From Podarcis liolepis (taxonomy: Eukaryota): 64,000 nucleotides of DNA. The position numbers and the translations under genes are program-made. The stretch lies in the NCBI GenBank assembly GCA_965112155.1, contig OZ218098.1, one strand, 5' to 3'. Under the pieces are notes generated by a model. That model was given only the letters and a program-made list of their open reading frames with translations, had not been told where the DNA came from and made no database searches. The first letter of the stretch is position 1; each line of letters starts with the position of its first letter. Of this stretch, positions 13,528-27,088 are shown piece by piece.

Positions 13528-14659
13528 CTTTAGCTGCCAGTAGCTCTATTTTTAGTACCCAAGTCACTAGGGTTTCCCCTCTGTACTATTAATTATTCTT
13601 ACCGGTATATAGTTCAAAGTCCAAGGTCTTTGACCTATGGGTCTCAGATGTAGGTGATGAAATGCAGTGTCTTCTCTTGATTCAGGTGTAGCTGGTCGGA
13701 GGGCATAGTTGATTTGTGTATTAGTGAATAGATAATGGAGGCTAGTCGAAGTGTCTTTACAAGCAAGTATAAATAAGCTGTTGTGGGTAAATGATTATGT
13801 ATGAACAAACACCAGACTATAATACTGCCTGCCGCATCAAAAAAGGCAATGTTTTCCTTGGAAGAAGTCATGTTTATTAATGTTACAAGAATCTTCATGG
13901 AATAGGAGTGAAGACTGTATTTGAAAGGTGCTTACCTGAGGCAAATGATGGAGTTAAATCAGCCCAGCTGACTCATACGTCAAGGTTTGGGGAGATCACT
14001 GTGCATTGGAGCATGGTTAGAACATGTACGAGACGTTTTCCTTAATGATTTACTCCTGTTGACTTGAGAAGGTTTCTCTTAAAAATGGAAGGAGGTTAGG
14101 CGAGAGGAGCTTTTTATCTGGATACAGTAAGGTATTTAAAAGCAGTTGAGACGGTATTGATCTTTTTATTGGTGCCTTGTGTTTCCATTGGCAGTGGGGA
14201 TAATATATCAATGAAACGATATCCTGCTGACACCTTTATGAGCCAGTTTTGCTAATTCTTCTGATCTGCTTTCCCCCTTTAACTTGCTATTGTTGAACAG
14301 ATTGAGGGAAATACTTTTTTATGATCCTTTGATTCCTGAGATGCTGATGCTGCTTGTATCTAGTATCAATGCAGGGTATTTTGAAGTTTGGTAATTCAGC
14401 AGATGTCAAAGGCACCAACTAAAGACATGTTGCTAATGAAACAGTCACCTGGGGGCAACTAGACATGTTGGTGGCATTCTTACATGTTAGAATTCCAATC
14501 CCTGCAGAATTCTTTTAAAGTGGAGGGAAGAGATAGCAGTATTTGAAGCACAGAAAGGGTAGAGATATTTCATGTTTACTGAACCCTCAGGCTTCCTGAG
14601 CACTTCTCCCTGACATTTCCTTCTGTCCGTCCGTCTGTCTGTCTGTCTGTCTGTCTACC

Positions 14660-14760
14660 TGGCCCAGGTCACCCAGTGAGCTTCATGGTCAAGTGGCAAT
14701 TTGAACCCTGGTCCCCCACGTCCTAGTCCGACACTCAATAACCACTATACCACACTGGAT
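14660..14760 (-). mobile_element. Old MIR/Squam3-like SINE head
   Basis: Reverse complement reads ccagtgtggtatagtggtt...gggttcaaat...gtgacctgggcc. Confidence 0.65.
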
Positions 14761-15870
14761 CCCCTGTTGGGTATCCGAGATAGAAAATAATTCTATGGAT
14801 AGGAAAACACTGTAGCTCACACCTGGAAATAATTTATCCAAAGGCAATGCCACATATTTCAGTTCTGGGTAGAAATTGAGAAAATGGTTCATTATGATGG
14901 TGCAGATCTCCATATTCACTCACTGATTTTAAAGAGAGGAGAAATTTACATGTCTTTTGGCACAGAAGCATGCAGAATGGAGAATTAATGCTGTAAACAA
15001 GAAGATTAGTCTGCTCTCTGGGTGTGTACATGCAGAGAAATGAAAAGAGCTAGCAAGGAAAGATACTACAACCTTGATTTTTATCAAGCCAAATTAGAAC
15101 CAAATATCGATCATTTCAATGCAAGCTTCTGTAGTCTTATTGACTATGGGTAGTGATTAACTGCTGGTGTGTATGAAACATCTGTCGTTGCATTATATGA
15201 AACAGGTTTTTAATATTATACGACTCCTGAAATTGTACAAGAGTGAAGACATGTGTAAGAGGATGAATGGGTGATATTTATAAAATTAAGCAGCTTGCTT
15301 GCCCAAAGTTGAAGTGCAATAAAATACATCTGATTGTTTTTGAACTTGTTCCCTGAGTGCTGCAAATTCAGTGGAAGGGTGGGCTATAAATACTCTTAGT
15401 AGATAAATACGCCCCCCTTGTACTCATTTGGATAAAAGTCAAATTAAATTTCAATGTTTTTAGAAAGCAAAGATAAAACTTGGGCTTATTTCTTACAATT
15501 TTTCATGGCACAATCTTAGCACTGGTAGATGATATGGAAGCACAAGTCCATCCATTGGAAGAACATATATACTGTACTGTACTTTCCTTCTCTACATACC
15601 TGAGGCAATAAGACCTATCCTAGTACTTATTATTCATGCTTTTCCTGAAACACTAAATGGCCCCCTTGGCCATTGGTGGCACAGCAATATCCAGCTATGC
15701 TTGTACTCTTAACAAATATTACGACAGTTCTGAGTTTATGTAAGCAGTTGTATTCATTACTACAGGAACTTGATTATACTATTCAGGTTTTTTGAGAATA
15801 CTTTGAAGTAGTCCAAGTTTGGTCATGAATCAAATTGAGGAGCTGTTTGATATTATTTGTAAGGTGTATA

Positions 15871-16604
15871 CCGTATTCTTCGCTCTATAGGACACACTTT
15901 TTCCTCTCCAAAAATTAAGGGGAAATGTGTGTGTGTCCTATAGAGCGAATGCAGGCTGCGCGGCTAAGCCCAAAGCCAGAACAGGGAGACGGAGTGCTGC
16001 GCAGCGCTCCGTCTCCCTGTTTTAGCTTGGGGTTAGCTGCACAAAGCCTCCGCAGGGCAGTGGGGTGCCTTCACCCCGCTGCCCTGTGGAGGCTACAAAG
16101 GCTGTCCCCACAGCCAGAACAGCAAGAGGGAGCACTGCGGAGCGCTTCGTCTCGCTGTTCTAGCTTGTGGACGGCTGCGCAAAGCCTCCGCAGGGCAGCG
16201 GGGTGCCTTCACCCCACTGCCCTTCGGAGGCTACAAAGGCTGTACGAAGGTGGGGGGGAAGGCTGCAATGTTTCCCCCCACCGCCAGCCCCACAAGCTCG
16301 GGGGACAGCGGGAAGGCGGCGCGCCGCCTCTGCGCTGCTCCTCGACCTGGTCTTTGGGACTGGCGGTGGGGGGAAGCACTGCTTTCCGCCAGCCCCAAAG
16401 AGCAGGTCAAAAGGAACCCAAAGCCTCCGGAGCCCAGCGGGAACTCTCGCTGGGCTCCGGAGGCTTCGGGTGAACGCACCTTGAACGCGCAGAACGCACC
16501 TTGTTTTTAGAGGGGGAGAACAAGAATCCCCCCCCCCCGTTCTCCCCCTCCTATGGTCCGGTGTGTCCTATGGTCCGGTGCGTCCTATAGAGCGAAAAAT
16601 ACGG
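15871..16604. mobile_element. Tc2-like non-autonomous DNA transposon with GC/CpG-rich internal repeats
   Basis: TA|CCGTATTCTTCGCTCTATAGGAC...GTCCTATAGAGCGAAAAATACGG|TA. Confidence 0.88.
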
Positions 16605-16932
16605 TAGTTCTGCAGTAGATAATAGTTCCTGTTAATCTTTTGTTCTGCATTGCTTTGGGCAGGCAACTGATACATCTTTAAACAAACAAAGCCTCTTGTA
16701 GCGTTTTAGTTAGATTCCTGAGCAACAGCACAAAGATTGGCTTGTAGATTTTATATAAACATAGCTTGCATTTACAAACTACTTCTGATGACAATGAAGC
16801 ACTAAATCTAAACTCCAAACATTTTGCTTTAAATGGGTTGTTGTAGAGTGAGCCGCCTTGAGCTCAGATTCTAACAGCTCAGCTTAACTGGGTTGTTCTG
16901 TTGTTTTAGTCTGCTTGTCTGGATTTCAGATA

Positions 16933-17181
16933 CAGTCGTACCCTGGATCCCGAACGCCTTGCAAGTCTAACGTTTGGGCTCCTGAACGCTGCAAACCGGT
17001 GAGAGTTGCAGTGAGTGTTCCTGTTTGCAAACGTTCTTTGGAACCTGAACGTCTGCCACAGCTTCCAATTGGCTGCAGGAACTTCTTGCAGCCAATCAGA
17101 AACTGCGCTTTGGTTTCGAAACATTTTGGAAGTTGAACGGACTTCCAGAACGGATTCCGTTCAACTTCCGAGGTACCACTG
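16933..17181. mobile_element. Tigger-like MITE (second subfamily; relatives at 47732 and 49878)
   Basis: TA|CAGTCGTACC...GGTACCACTG|TA; internal attggctgcagga...gcagccaatc palindrome. Confidence 0.8.
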
Positions 17182-17302
17182 TACTTCAAATTTTAAAGAC
17201 CTTGTGTAGAAATGGCTGGCTCTTCAGATGCTCATTTCTGTGCAAAAAATCATGGTTAGGCAGTGCCTTTTATTTGTACCAACAAAAATGTAATTAGGCT
17301 CT

Positions 17303-18607
17303 ACTTCCAGTCGGGATTCAGGCCTCATCATGGGACTGAAACTGCCTTGGTCGCACTGGTTGATGATCTCCGGCGAGCTAGGGACAAAGGTGAGAGTTGT
17401 TTCCTAGTTCTGCTGGATCTCTCAGCGGCCTTTGATACAATCAACCATAACATCCTTCTGGACCGTCTAGAGGGGTTGGGAGCTGGGGGTACTGTTATAC
17501 AGTGGTTTCGCTCCTTCCTCCTGGGCCGTGTTCTGAAAGTGGTGGTGGGGGATGAGTGTTCAGACCCTTGGGCCTCAGGGTTCCGTCCTCTCCCCCATGC
17601 TTTTTAACATCTATATGAAGCCGCAGGGGTAGATCATCAGATCATCAGGGGGTTTGGACTGGGTGTCCATCAATATGCAGATGATACCCTGCTCTACCTC
17701 TCTTTCAAATCAGAACCAGTGAAGGCGGTGAAGGTCCTGTGTGAGTGCCTAGAGGCGGTTGGAGGATGGATGGCGGCTAATGGATTGAAGTTGAATCCTG
17801 ACAAGACAGAAGTACTGTTCTTGGGGGACAGGGGGCGGGCTGGTGTGGAGGACTCCCTGGTCCTGAATGGGGTAACTGTGCCCCTGAAGGACCAGGTGCG
17901 TAGCCTGGGAGTCATTTTGGATTCACAGCTGTCCATGGAGGCGCAGGTCAATTCTGTATCCAGGGCAGCCGTCTACCAACTCCACCTGGTACGCAGGCTG
18001 AGACCCTACGTGCCCGCGGACTGTCTCGCCAGAGTGGTGCATGCTCTAGTTATCTCCCGCTTGGACTACTGCAATGCGCTCTACGTTGGGGCTACCTTTG
18101 AAGGTGACTCGGAAACTACAGCTAATCCAGAATGCGACAGCTAGACTGGTGACTGGGGGCGGCCGCCGAGACCACATAACACCGGTCTTGAAAGACCTAC
18201 ATTGGCTCCCAGTACGTTTCCGAGCACAATTCAAAGTGCTGGTGTTGACCTTTAAAGCCCTAAACGGCCTCAGCCCAGTATACCTGAAGGAGCGTCTCCA
18301 CCCCCATCGTTCTGCCCAGGCGCTGAGGTTCAGCGCCGAGGGCCTTCTGGCGGTTCCCTCATTGCGAGAAGCAAAGCTACAGGGAACCAGGCAGAGGGCC
18401 TTTTCGGTAGTGGCGCCCGCCCTGTGGAACGCCCTTCCAGCAGATGTCAAAACGATAAACAACTACCTGACATTCAGAAGACATCTTAAGGCAGCCCTGT
18501 TCAGTGAAGTTTTTAATGTATGATATTTTAGTGTTTTTTTGGTTTCTGTGGAAGCCGCCCAGAGTGGCTGGGGCAGCCCAGCCAGATGGGCGGGGTACAA
18601 ATAATAA

Positions 18608-18656
<49 letters not shown>
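17303..18656 (+). mobile_element. 5'-truncated young L2-clade LINE with (TTA)n tail
   Basis: FQSGFRPHHGTETALV..LDLSAAFDTI..LKLNPDKTE..SRLDYCN..LHWLPV; CpG-rich; frameshifted. Confidence 0.92.
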
Positions 18657-18657
<1 letters not shown>

Positions 18658-19702
18658 TTGGTGCTATACAGATTTTTCAGCGAGAGCACTGGTCTGTTCC
18701 TCCCATTTTTGTAAATATAAAATGCAGCTGGACCGCCAAAACATACAGGAGTTTGGGTAGGAGGAAAACAAAAAAGAATTCGCTAGTTTTATAGTTGACA
18801 AAATTGCAGATTACTTTTTTAAAGATGTGTCAGGTAAAAAAGTAAATATATTACAATTATTCACTAGTTGAAGAGAGAAGGTAAGAATTAGAGTCTTATC
18901 TTCAGCAAAGTTCAGTATTCCCCAAGACATAGACAACGGAAAGAAAGTCAGGGTATTTGTGAAAAAAATCTGGGTAATGACTGGATTCTACATTTACAAA
19001 AATGGATCAGCTATTTTCTTGTATGCCCTAGCAGCCTTTGTGCACATTGTAACCTGTGTAGTACTTAATAGAGCCTAATCTAATTAAGTCTGCTATCTTT
19101 TCCTGTACTCCATCTTTAGACTGTGACTAATGCAGACACCATGGCTTCATTATCACAGCAGCTTTTTCACTATTTAACATCCAACTTAATGAAGAGCAGT
19201 GGAGAACTTGAAAGATATCTCACTATGCTGTGACATTTTTCTTGGTTCAAATGAAGGTATTGCCTGATAGAGGATTTTAGATTATTTTCTCATGGAACAA
19301 AATGGCCCTTCTTCCTTTTCCTTTTTTTTTCTTTTCCCTTTCTGAATAGTATGTGTTAATATTCTACAAACGGTCTATGTTACTATTGCAACTAGTAGAG
19401 AGCTGGTTCTAACTGGTCACTTTTCATGCATCTGCCCTTTACTATTTCTTTTCTTTTTGTTGCATGTGTTGAAGTAGAACAAAAGGTTGTGCTGTTTTAC
19501 TGTTTAGTGCTACAACTTGAAGGATGCATAACGGGTCATTAGATTTTCAGTGTGTGTTAAGCATCTAAACTTAACATGCTTTGACTTTGCATGCTTTGAA
19601 AAGTGATTACAGGACTGAAATGCTGTCTCTTCCACACTGGAATGGACTAATAAGCAGTCTTTTGGATGGCAGGAAAAAGGAAAAAGCAGGCAATTTTGGT
19701 TT

Positions 19703-20057
19703 AAGGTAAAGGTACCCCTGCCCGTACGGGCCAGTCTTGCCAGACTCTAGGGTTGTGCGCTCATCTCACTCTATAGGCCGGGAGCCAGCGCTGTCCGCAG
19801 ACACTTCCGGGTCACGTGGCCAGCGTGACAAGCTGCATCTGGCGAGCCAGCGCAGCACACGGAACGCCGTTTACCTTCCCGCTGGTAAGCGGTCCCTATT
19901 TATCTACTTGCACCCGGGGGTGCTTTTGAACTGCTAGGTTGGCAGGCGCTGGGACTGAACGACGGGAGCGCACCCCGCCGCAGGGATTCGAACCGCCGAC
20001 CATGTGATCGGCAAGTCCTAGGCGCTGAGGTTTTACCCACAGCGCCACCTGCGTCCC
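19703..20057 (-). mobile_element. Sauria SINE (distinct subfamily)
   Basis: Same architecture as other copies with diagnostic substitutions. Confidence 0.9.
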
Positions 20058-21794
20058 TAATTTTTTTGTTTGTTTGTTTTGGAGGGCGATTATCCAGTGT
20101 TGACAGTGCAATAGAAGAAAACACTGGTAGGGCACCCAATTTTCAACAGCTACTGTTGAACTTTGCGCTGTTGCCACATATTTTAAATCCAGAGAAGAAT
20201 TTAAATTTATCGGTAAAAGCAAAAGCTTTTCTGATAAGTAAAAGCTGTTCTGTTTTCAAGAGACAGTTAATTGTAATAATTTAACAAAAGCTACCAATAT
20301 GATTGTGCCATTATAGAAATCTTGAAATAGGAGTTTCTAGTAAATGTATGAATCTGATGAAGTAGGCTGTTGACTACCAAAGCTTTTGTAACGGTTGGAT
20401 ATGCTAGTTAAGACAAACTTAAAAATAAATTCATATAAACTGCTTGTTTCCTTAACTACACTTTACTGCTTTAATAATGCAAAATGAAACATTTATAACC
20501 ATGGAATATGAAATTGTTCTGTTTGACATATTTAAGAAATTTAAATCCATAAATGCCTTAGTTTAATACAAGCAAAATTTCAAATATATCTGGTTGGTTT
20601 CTACTTCCTTCTGTGAGTCTTGGTTTGTTGGAATGTAGTAGTCACCCAAACTTTCAGATTTTTCATCTGAGGCTTGGGCATCCACAGCAGGTATTTTGCT
20701 CTTTCTTCTTTGCAGCTACTTCTGTCTTTTTATTCTCTCAGCAAGGCAATAAGCTGCTTTTCCCCTAGTCAGTAACAGTGATTTGTAGGGAGAGGTGAAA
20801 AGGTAGACTATGAGGGAGGGGTCAGGCCAAAAACGACAGAAGAACCAGGATGTTCTCTTCCAGCATCTCCAAGCGAGAGCAAAGGTTACCAAAAGAAGGC
20901 AAGCAGCAATTCACAAACAATGAAAGCCCTGTACGTTATGTGTCTTATGAAGATGTCTAGGATTGATGTATATGTCAGAAAAGTAATTCTCTAATTACAA
21001 TACTTATTCTTGGCTAAAGTTCATGGTTAGCTAGGAAAGAACTTAACCATAAGTTCAGATGGCACACTGGGTTCAGATGGCATGCTAAGCCAACCCTTCG
21101 CTCAGCACAGGGTTGAAGAAAGCAGCTGGCTTACAATGTGGTCTGGCTTATAATGTTGCCTGAACAAGTTCAGTGGCTACTAGTCAGGATAGCTGTTGCT
21201 ATGACTTAGTAATCATTTTTTACATTCATTTCAAGGCAATTTGCAAACATACCGTGAAACAGCAAAAATGTTATTTTAATAATAGAAAAACAGTAACTAG
21301 AGGGAGGTTTAAAAACAATAAAAAATGAATGCTTAAGGCAGGTTTTCATTCAGCTGGAAAAACAAATGTGTCTTCAGTTATAGGATCTTAGAGTTGTAGA
21401 GTTGGAAGAGACCCCAAGGGCCATGTAATCTAACAACCCTGCAAGGCAGGAAACCAGGGTGGGCTCAAACCACCAACCTTATGGTTAAAAGCCAGACTCA
21501 TTGTGCCACTGAGGACTCCAAATTGTTTCCGGAAAGTACAGATATTGGGCACTATTCATATCACAACAGGGATGCTTTCCCACAAAATGGACAGTGCATC
21601 TCAGACTCTATGGAGTGGGCCTCTTCTTGAGACGTTAAGGTGAAATTCCTGCAGAATGCAGTGACCTACTGGGAATATAAGGGATAAGAGGTTTTCTCAA
21701 GTAACCTGCTCCTGAGCTGTATAGAGCCTTTTGAGTTACTACCAAAACATTGACTTTGATGCAGTAGCACGTTGGCAGCCAGTGCAAATCTCAC

Positions 21795-21913
21795 AAGGCA
21801 GCCCTGTTTAGGGAAGTTTTTAATGTCTGATGTTTTATTCTCTTTTTAATCTGTTGGGAGCCGCCCAGAGTGGCTGGGGAAACCCAGCTGGATCGGTGGG
21901 GTATTAATAATAA

Positions 21914-21946
<33 letters not shown>
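21795..21946 (+). mobile_element. L2 3'-end fragment with (TTA)n tail
   Basis: Near-match to 18488-18656. Confidence 0.85.
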
Positions 21947-21947
<1 letters not shown>

Positions 21948-22712
21948 GTTGTGTGCAGCTGGTAGTTTGCCCCTACAAGCAATACAGAATGCATAACATA
22001 AACTTTGCAGCATTTTTGAGGCCTAGTGGCTTTGCTTATCTTCTGAAAAACATTGCTATTGAGCATAGCTATGCAGTTCTGTGTAATTTCTTTCCCAGCT
22101 TTGGATAGCATATATGGCAGGTATATCTTGGATTGTGCTCAAGATGGGCATCTATGCAGATGGAGCACCAGTGACTTTACTTGGAATATACCCTTTTCTG
22201 AAGGAAGACTGTGTAATGTAGTATATGCATGTCCCGCTATCTGCCCGTTCAGTGTGCAGAAATTCACTTACCTGAACGCAAAGAATTAGGCCTAAACCTT
22301 GCTATACAACCCACTGGAAATTGTCCAGTTCCTTACTTCCTAGCTTGTTTGTGCTTTGCTGGTCAGTGACAGCCATTTTCGGGCAGAAAACATGCAGGGA
22401 GGAAGCGAGATCAGGCAAAATAGAGAGCAGGAGAGATCAGACAAATCAGTTTTCCCTTTGTCTCTCTTTTGCTGGTTGGCTGCAGCCATTTTAGGAAGAA
22501 ACCATGGAGGGAGTGGGGACAGACATTGAGCAAATCCTGGATTAGATATATTCGCATAAGACTCAGTGGAAATCATGGACTCGTTATGCGAACTTTCACC
22601 TAATAAACGATTTCCAGGGAGCACATTGTGTTCTGTAAGCGGGAACTGCATGTACTGATTTAAAATGTAGGAATTCTAAGATTGCATGTGGTTGCAGTTA
22701 CACATTCTATAA

Positions 22713-22880
<168 letters not shown>

Positions 22881-23196
22881 TAAAGTGCTCTTTTTCAACA
22901 GAGTGGTGATGATCTACCTTAGCAAGTGTATTAAGCAAAATGTCACAATGAGGTACAAGAGAAAATGCTGGAAGTTCATTCAATACCTGGAGTTCCTTTT
23001 AGCAGCATCTTCTGGAAGTAGTTGCAGAAGCTATTGGCTACGCCAGAACCTCTAATTATGTTCACATGGTGACCAGAATATGCATGTAGGTGGTAGTTTC
23101 TGGAAACATAGACTCTGATGCTATCTTAATATTATATAATTTCAAACTAGCTGTTTGAAACATATTATGCCAAATAGTGTCTCTGTTTTTCAACAG

Positions 23197-23268
23197 GCCT
23201 CAACAAATAATGAGAGTTCTAATCACAGTTTTGGAAGCTTGGGATCTCTAAGTGACAAAGAATCAGAG
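23197..23268 (+). CDS. TLK1: TLK1 exon 3 (ASTNNESSNHSFGSLGSLSDKESE)
   Basis: caacag|...|gtatga; 72 nt, in frame. Confidence 0.97.
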
Positions 23269-24005
23269 GTATGAAGAATTTAAACAACTAAACTGACACT
23301 TCTAATGTAAGATTGTTGTAACTCTTTTTCATACTTGTGTACATTAGGCCTCATTCTTGAAATGTGCATGCCCGTGAGATTTTCCTGAATGGTTCTACAT
23401 TGAAGATCTGGAAAGAACCAATATTTTAGTGTTTGTGCAAGAAGATTATAAATGCTATGCTGGTCATGTACGAGTAGATTTGGTTCTATTCAAATGGAAG
23501 GTTTGCTAACCACTTTTAGTTTTCTGTTGGATAACGCTATCCGAAATATTGGGATATTGTCAATAAAACACTTTTTTTAGTTAATGCAGATCAATTACTC
23601 ATCTTTAAAATCTTTCAGTGCATAGTGGCTTCCAGAATTACAGCTGCACTATTATGTGTGCAATTTTCGGTGATGGCTTCATTTCAGAGACTAATCAAAT
23701 GTCTGTCTATTTTATTATGAGATTAGAGTTGATTGGTAATACCTTTTATTCCTAAGCTATGACCCTTAAATAGGACTATATACTATTTAGCAGCTGTACT
23801 GCTAAAGGTTCCTTTCAGTTCTTGGAATAGCCAATTCTATACACCTTGGAATTTTTCCAGCTTGCGAACCTTTCCATAAAGCTACGTGGAAATGACGTGT
23901 AAAACTTCTGTTGGTGAAATTCAGCTGTACGTATGTAGACGCCTGCCTGTGTAACGGGAATTAACTGTCTTCTCCAACTCCCCGCAGCCTCCCTGGGTGC
24001 CTCCA

Positions 24006-24072
24006 AAGTCCACTCTTAGGGGGCCCCAAGTCCACTCTTATGGGGCCCCAAACCCTCTTATGGGGCCCCAAA
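24006..24072. repeat. ~21-22-bp tandem repeat x3
   Basis: aagtccactcttagggggcccc / aagtccactcttatggggcccc / aaaccctcttatggggcccc. Confidence 0.85.
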
Positions 24073-27012
24073 CTCAACAGCAGAAGTTGAGGGCACATGG
24101 AGGACTGCAAGGAGGAGGACAGGAAGGTGACGTCCCTGTTGTGTGAGCAGATGTCTGTTCTGCTACTGCACAGACAACATTGGTGCGATCAGCAAGTAAC
24201 AGTATGGCTTTTTTTCAGTCATACAAATATCTGTTTCCTTCTGCCTATATATAACCTACCCAAAGAGTCCCTTCTTCGAAGGCCCTGATCACTATGCCAT
24301 CTCAAGTGAAGTGTAGCTGTGGCTACAAAAGGCAGGGCCTTGTCAGTGCTGGCACCCTGATTATAGAACAGCCTCTGCAGAAAGATAATTGCCTGGCACC
24401 TTGTTTATGATCTTTGTGGCAACAGGTGAAGAACTTTTTATTCACCCAGGCCTGGTAAACTTTTGTTTTCAAAACAAACCATAGGGGGCATATCCAGTGT
24501 TGCAGCTCCACTGGCACAAGGGCTTAAGTGTCCTGTTCCTCTCTTGTCCCCTCCAGCCTCACCCCCCTGCATTGTCAAAATCAGCTCCAGATGATTGACA
24601 GACCCTCCAAAGCACATTTGGGGCACAAAGGGAAGAGAGAAAATGGAAATCCCATTGCTCCTGCAGAACCCTGCTGGTGCAGCATTAAATACAATCGTAG
24701 GTGTTTCAGTACATTTTCAGATAAACCTCCCCCCCCCCCCCGCGCTCTGTAAATTGTTTTGTTCTGTCTCTGCTAAGAATTTTTTTGTTTCTTTGATCTT
24801 GGTTGGTTTTAATAACTCTATTTTTAATTTTTTTAATGTTGTGTGCCTCAATTTCGTAAGCTGCCTAGATACGTTCGCTGGTATATGTGAGCACTAAAAC
24901 TTTGAATGTGTGTGCATTCTCTTTTGTAAAAAAAAATTGACAATAGAGCTCCTGTTAGGATGTGGTTGTAGGGTTGTAATTTCAAAAAGACAACAGCTTT
25001 CTGATTACTTGTGATTTCTCCAAAGTACTTGACTGTAAAATGTAGGTTATGCCTGGGATTCAAAGAATGGTGCAGCTAGTTTCATGTGGGGTGGGGGTGG
25101 GGAGTGCGCGTTTTCAAGCAGCAGCCTTCTACGTTACATGGCAACTACGTCCGAAAAAAGGGGGTTTCTAAAAAGTCGAGGACCCATCACATCATATCAG
25201 CATAAGAATTCCCACTTGACACCTATAATCCCTTGTGCATGCCTAAAAGTAGATCTTTGCATCAAATGCTTCGCATGAATGTAAAACACACATTTAGAAC
25301 GATAAGGTTTTTTTTAAAAAAGCTTAACTCAGAAACAGGACAGACTTCATTTCTCCTTCACTTTGTCACTGTAGTTGTCAGTGCACCTAGCAATTCATCC
25401 AGTACATACATTAGATTTGGCACAACAACTTCTAGCTTGAAATGGGCTTGCTTGTATTCAGGAACGTTCCAAAATGATTGAAGGGTCATCTGTTTTCGAT
25501 CACATTGTTGGATTGTGGTTGAAATGTGAAGAATTTAGAAAATGCTGTTTTGACTCAGAATTACTTAGCAGTACATCCCCCCCCCCCCAAGCTATACTTG
25601 GATTTCAGCTGTATATGGGAAATAGTAATGACTTCTGCCTACTGTTTTATGAGTAAATGGATTCCAGTGCCTTTTGGCTTCTAACTTTTCTGTGTTAAAC
25701 TGTGATTAAAATTTGCTGACTCTTTATGTTGCACCATGCTTTGTTTGATTGTGCTAACCCTATCCAGCAGCTTAACTTGGGTTCCAGGCAACAAGCCACA
25801 ATCTGAAGCCATGGTTTGTTGGCTCGTAAACTTGTTTTGTTTTTAACTATGGTTTGGTATTGTGTGCAAACAGTATCCTTCCTTAACAATCTTTTTTTTT
25901 TTGGCCTCTTCACCCCAGATGCTTGTTGAGCTACAAAGACATATAGAATAACTCATTGTTAACTCATGATTTGTTAAACAATGGCTTAGCATTATGTGTA
26001 AACCTGGCCAATAAGGGAAATAATATTAATGTGTAATTGGGAAATTGCAGTTTTGCTTTCTTTTGAAGCTTGGTGGTGGTGGTTTGGAGCTTGTGTCCTA
26101 GGAAAGCATGCGTTTACTGTAGCTTTGATCCAGAGTTATCCCATCTGTGAATGGAAATGTTCATTCTGTTCACAAAAGGGGTTTAGATCCTTTGAAGGCA
26201 CAGGTTGGAGGAAAGCAAGGAGACAATTTTTGCCAATTCCCCCTTGTCACCATGAACATTGCTCACCCAGTCCTCTGTAGCAGCTCTTGGGGGGTGCTTT
26301 TGCTGCTGCTGAAAGAAGGAATAATTTTGCAAGAAACACCTCTCCCCACCCCAATTCCCTTATTCCACCTGGAGCATCTCATGAGTGGAGCTTTTTGTGT
26401 GGGAATTCTCAATCCAACTCTGTGCTCTTGTTTACATTTTTAAGAATACTTTTTAACACTACCTTGAATGTCAAATGAGAGTGTACAAAATTAATGGCTT
26501 GTATCAATTCCCACGTCCAACATACATAAGCACAAGGCATTTCACATCTTCACAGGGGTTGCTGTTGATCCCTCTATTCCATTCTGGAGGGTCTCCTGTT
26601 TATTTCAGCCGGGGGGGGGGGGTATGGCAGATGTAGGGGTTGCCTCAGAAAGGGAGTGTGTGCAGTAGGAAGGTCATGTGACAGTTCTTTAGATCTGAGC
26701 CAGTCTTTTCTTTAGCTCGTAGTTGTTACAGTCAGCTTGTAGAGATGTTTTCAATATTTATATGCAAGCAAATTAAAGAATAAAATAATACTAAAACAAC
26801 CTGGTTTACTGGGGCGATAGAATGAAGTAGCTGCAGTAACTTGATGCGAGTAGGGATTTTGTACAATTCCTGAAAAAAACATTCTATGTGTCACCTTGGA
26901 GATAAGTGAAGCTGCCTATTGGTTGAGCATCTCTTTTTAATGCACATTTGCGCGTAGAACTGTTGCTGGCTCCTTTTCTATGCATTAAACAGCATGATTT
27001 TGTGTCTGGCAG

Positions 27013-27088
27013 ACTCCCGAGAAAAAACAGTTGGAACCTTCTAGAGGAAGAAAAAGGAAAGCAGAAAACCAGAGTGAAAGTAGTCAAG
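27013..27088 (+). CDS. TLK1: TLK1 exon 4 (TPEKKQLEPSRGRKRKAENQSESSQ), basic NLS-like RGRKRK
   Basis: ggcag|...|gtatga; 76 nt. Confidence 0.96.

Noticed and set aside
13640-14420. Possible ancient minus-strand LINE
   Set aside because: Too degenerate to assign by eye
15925-16510. 182-aa and other overlapping ORFs
   Set aside because: GC-rich internal repeats of a non-autonomous transposon; no recognisable domain
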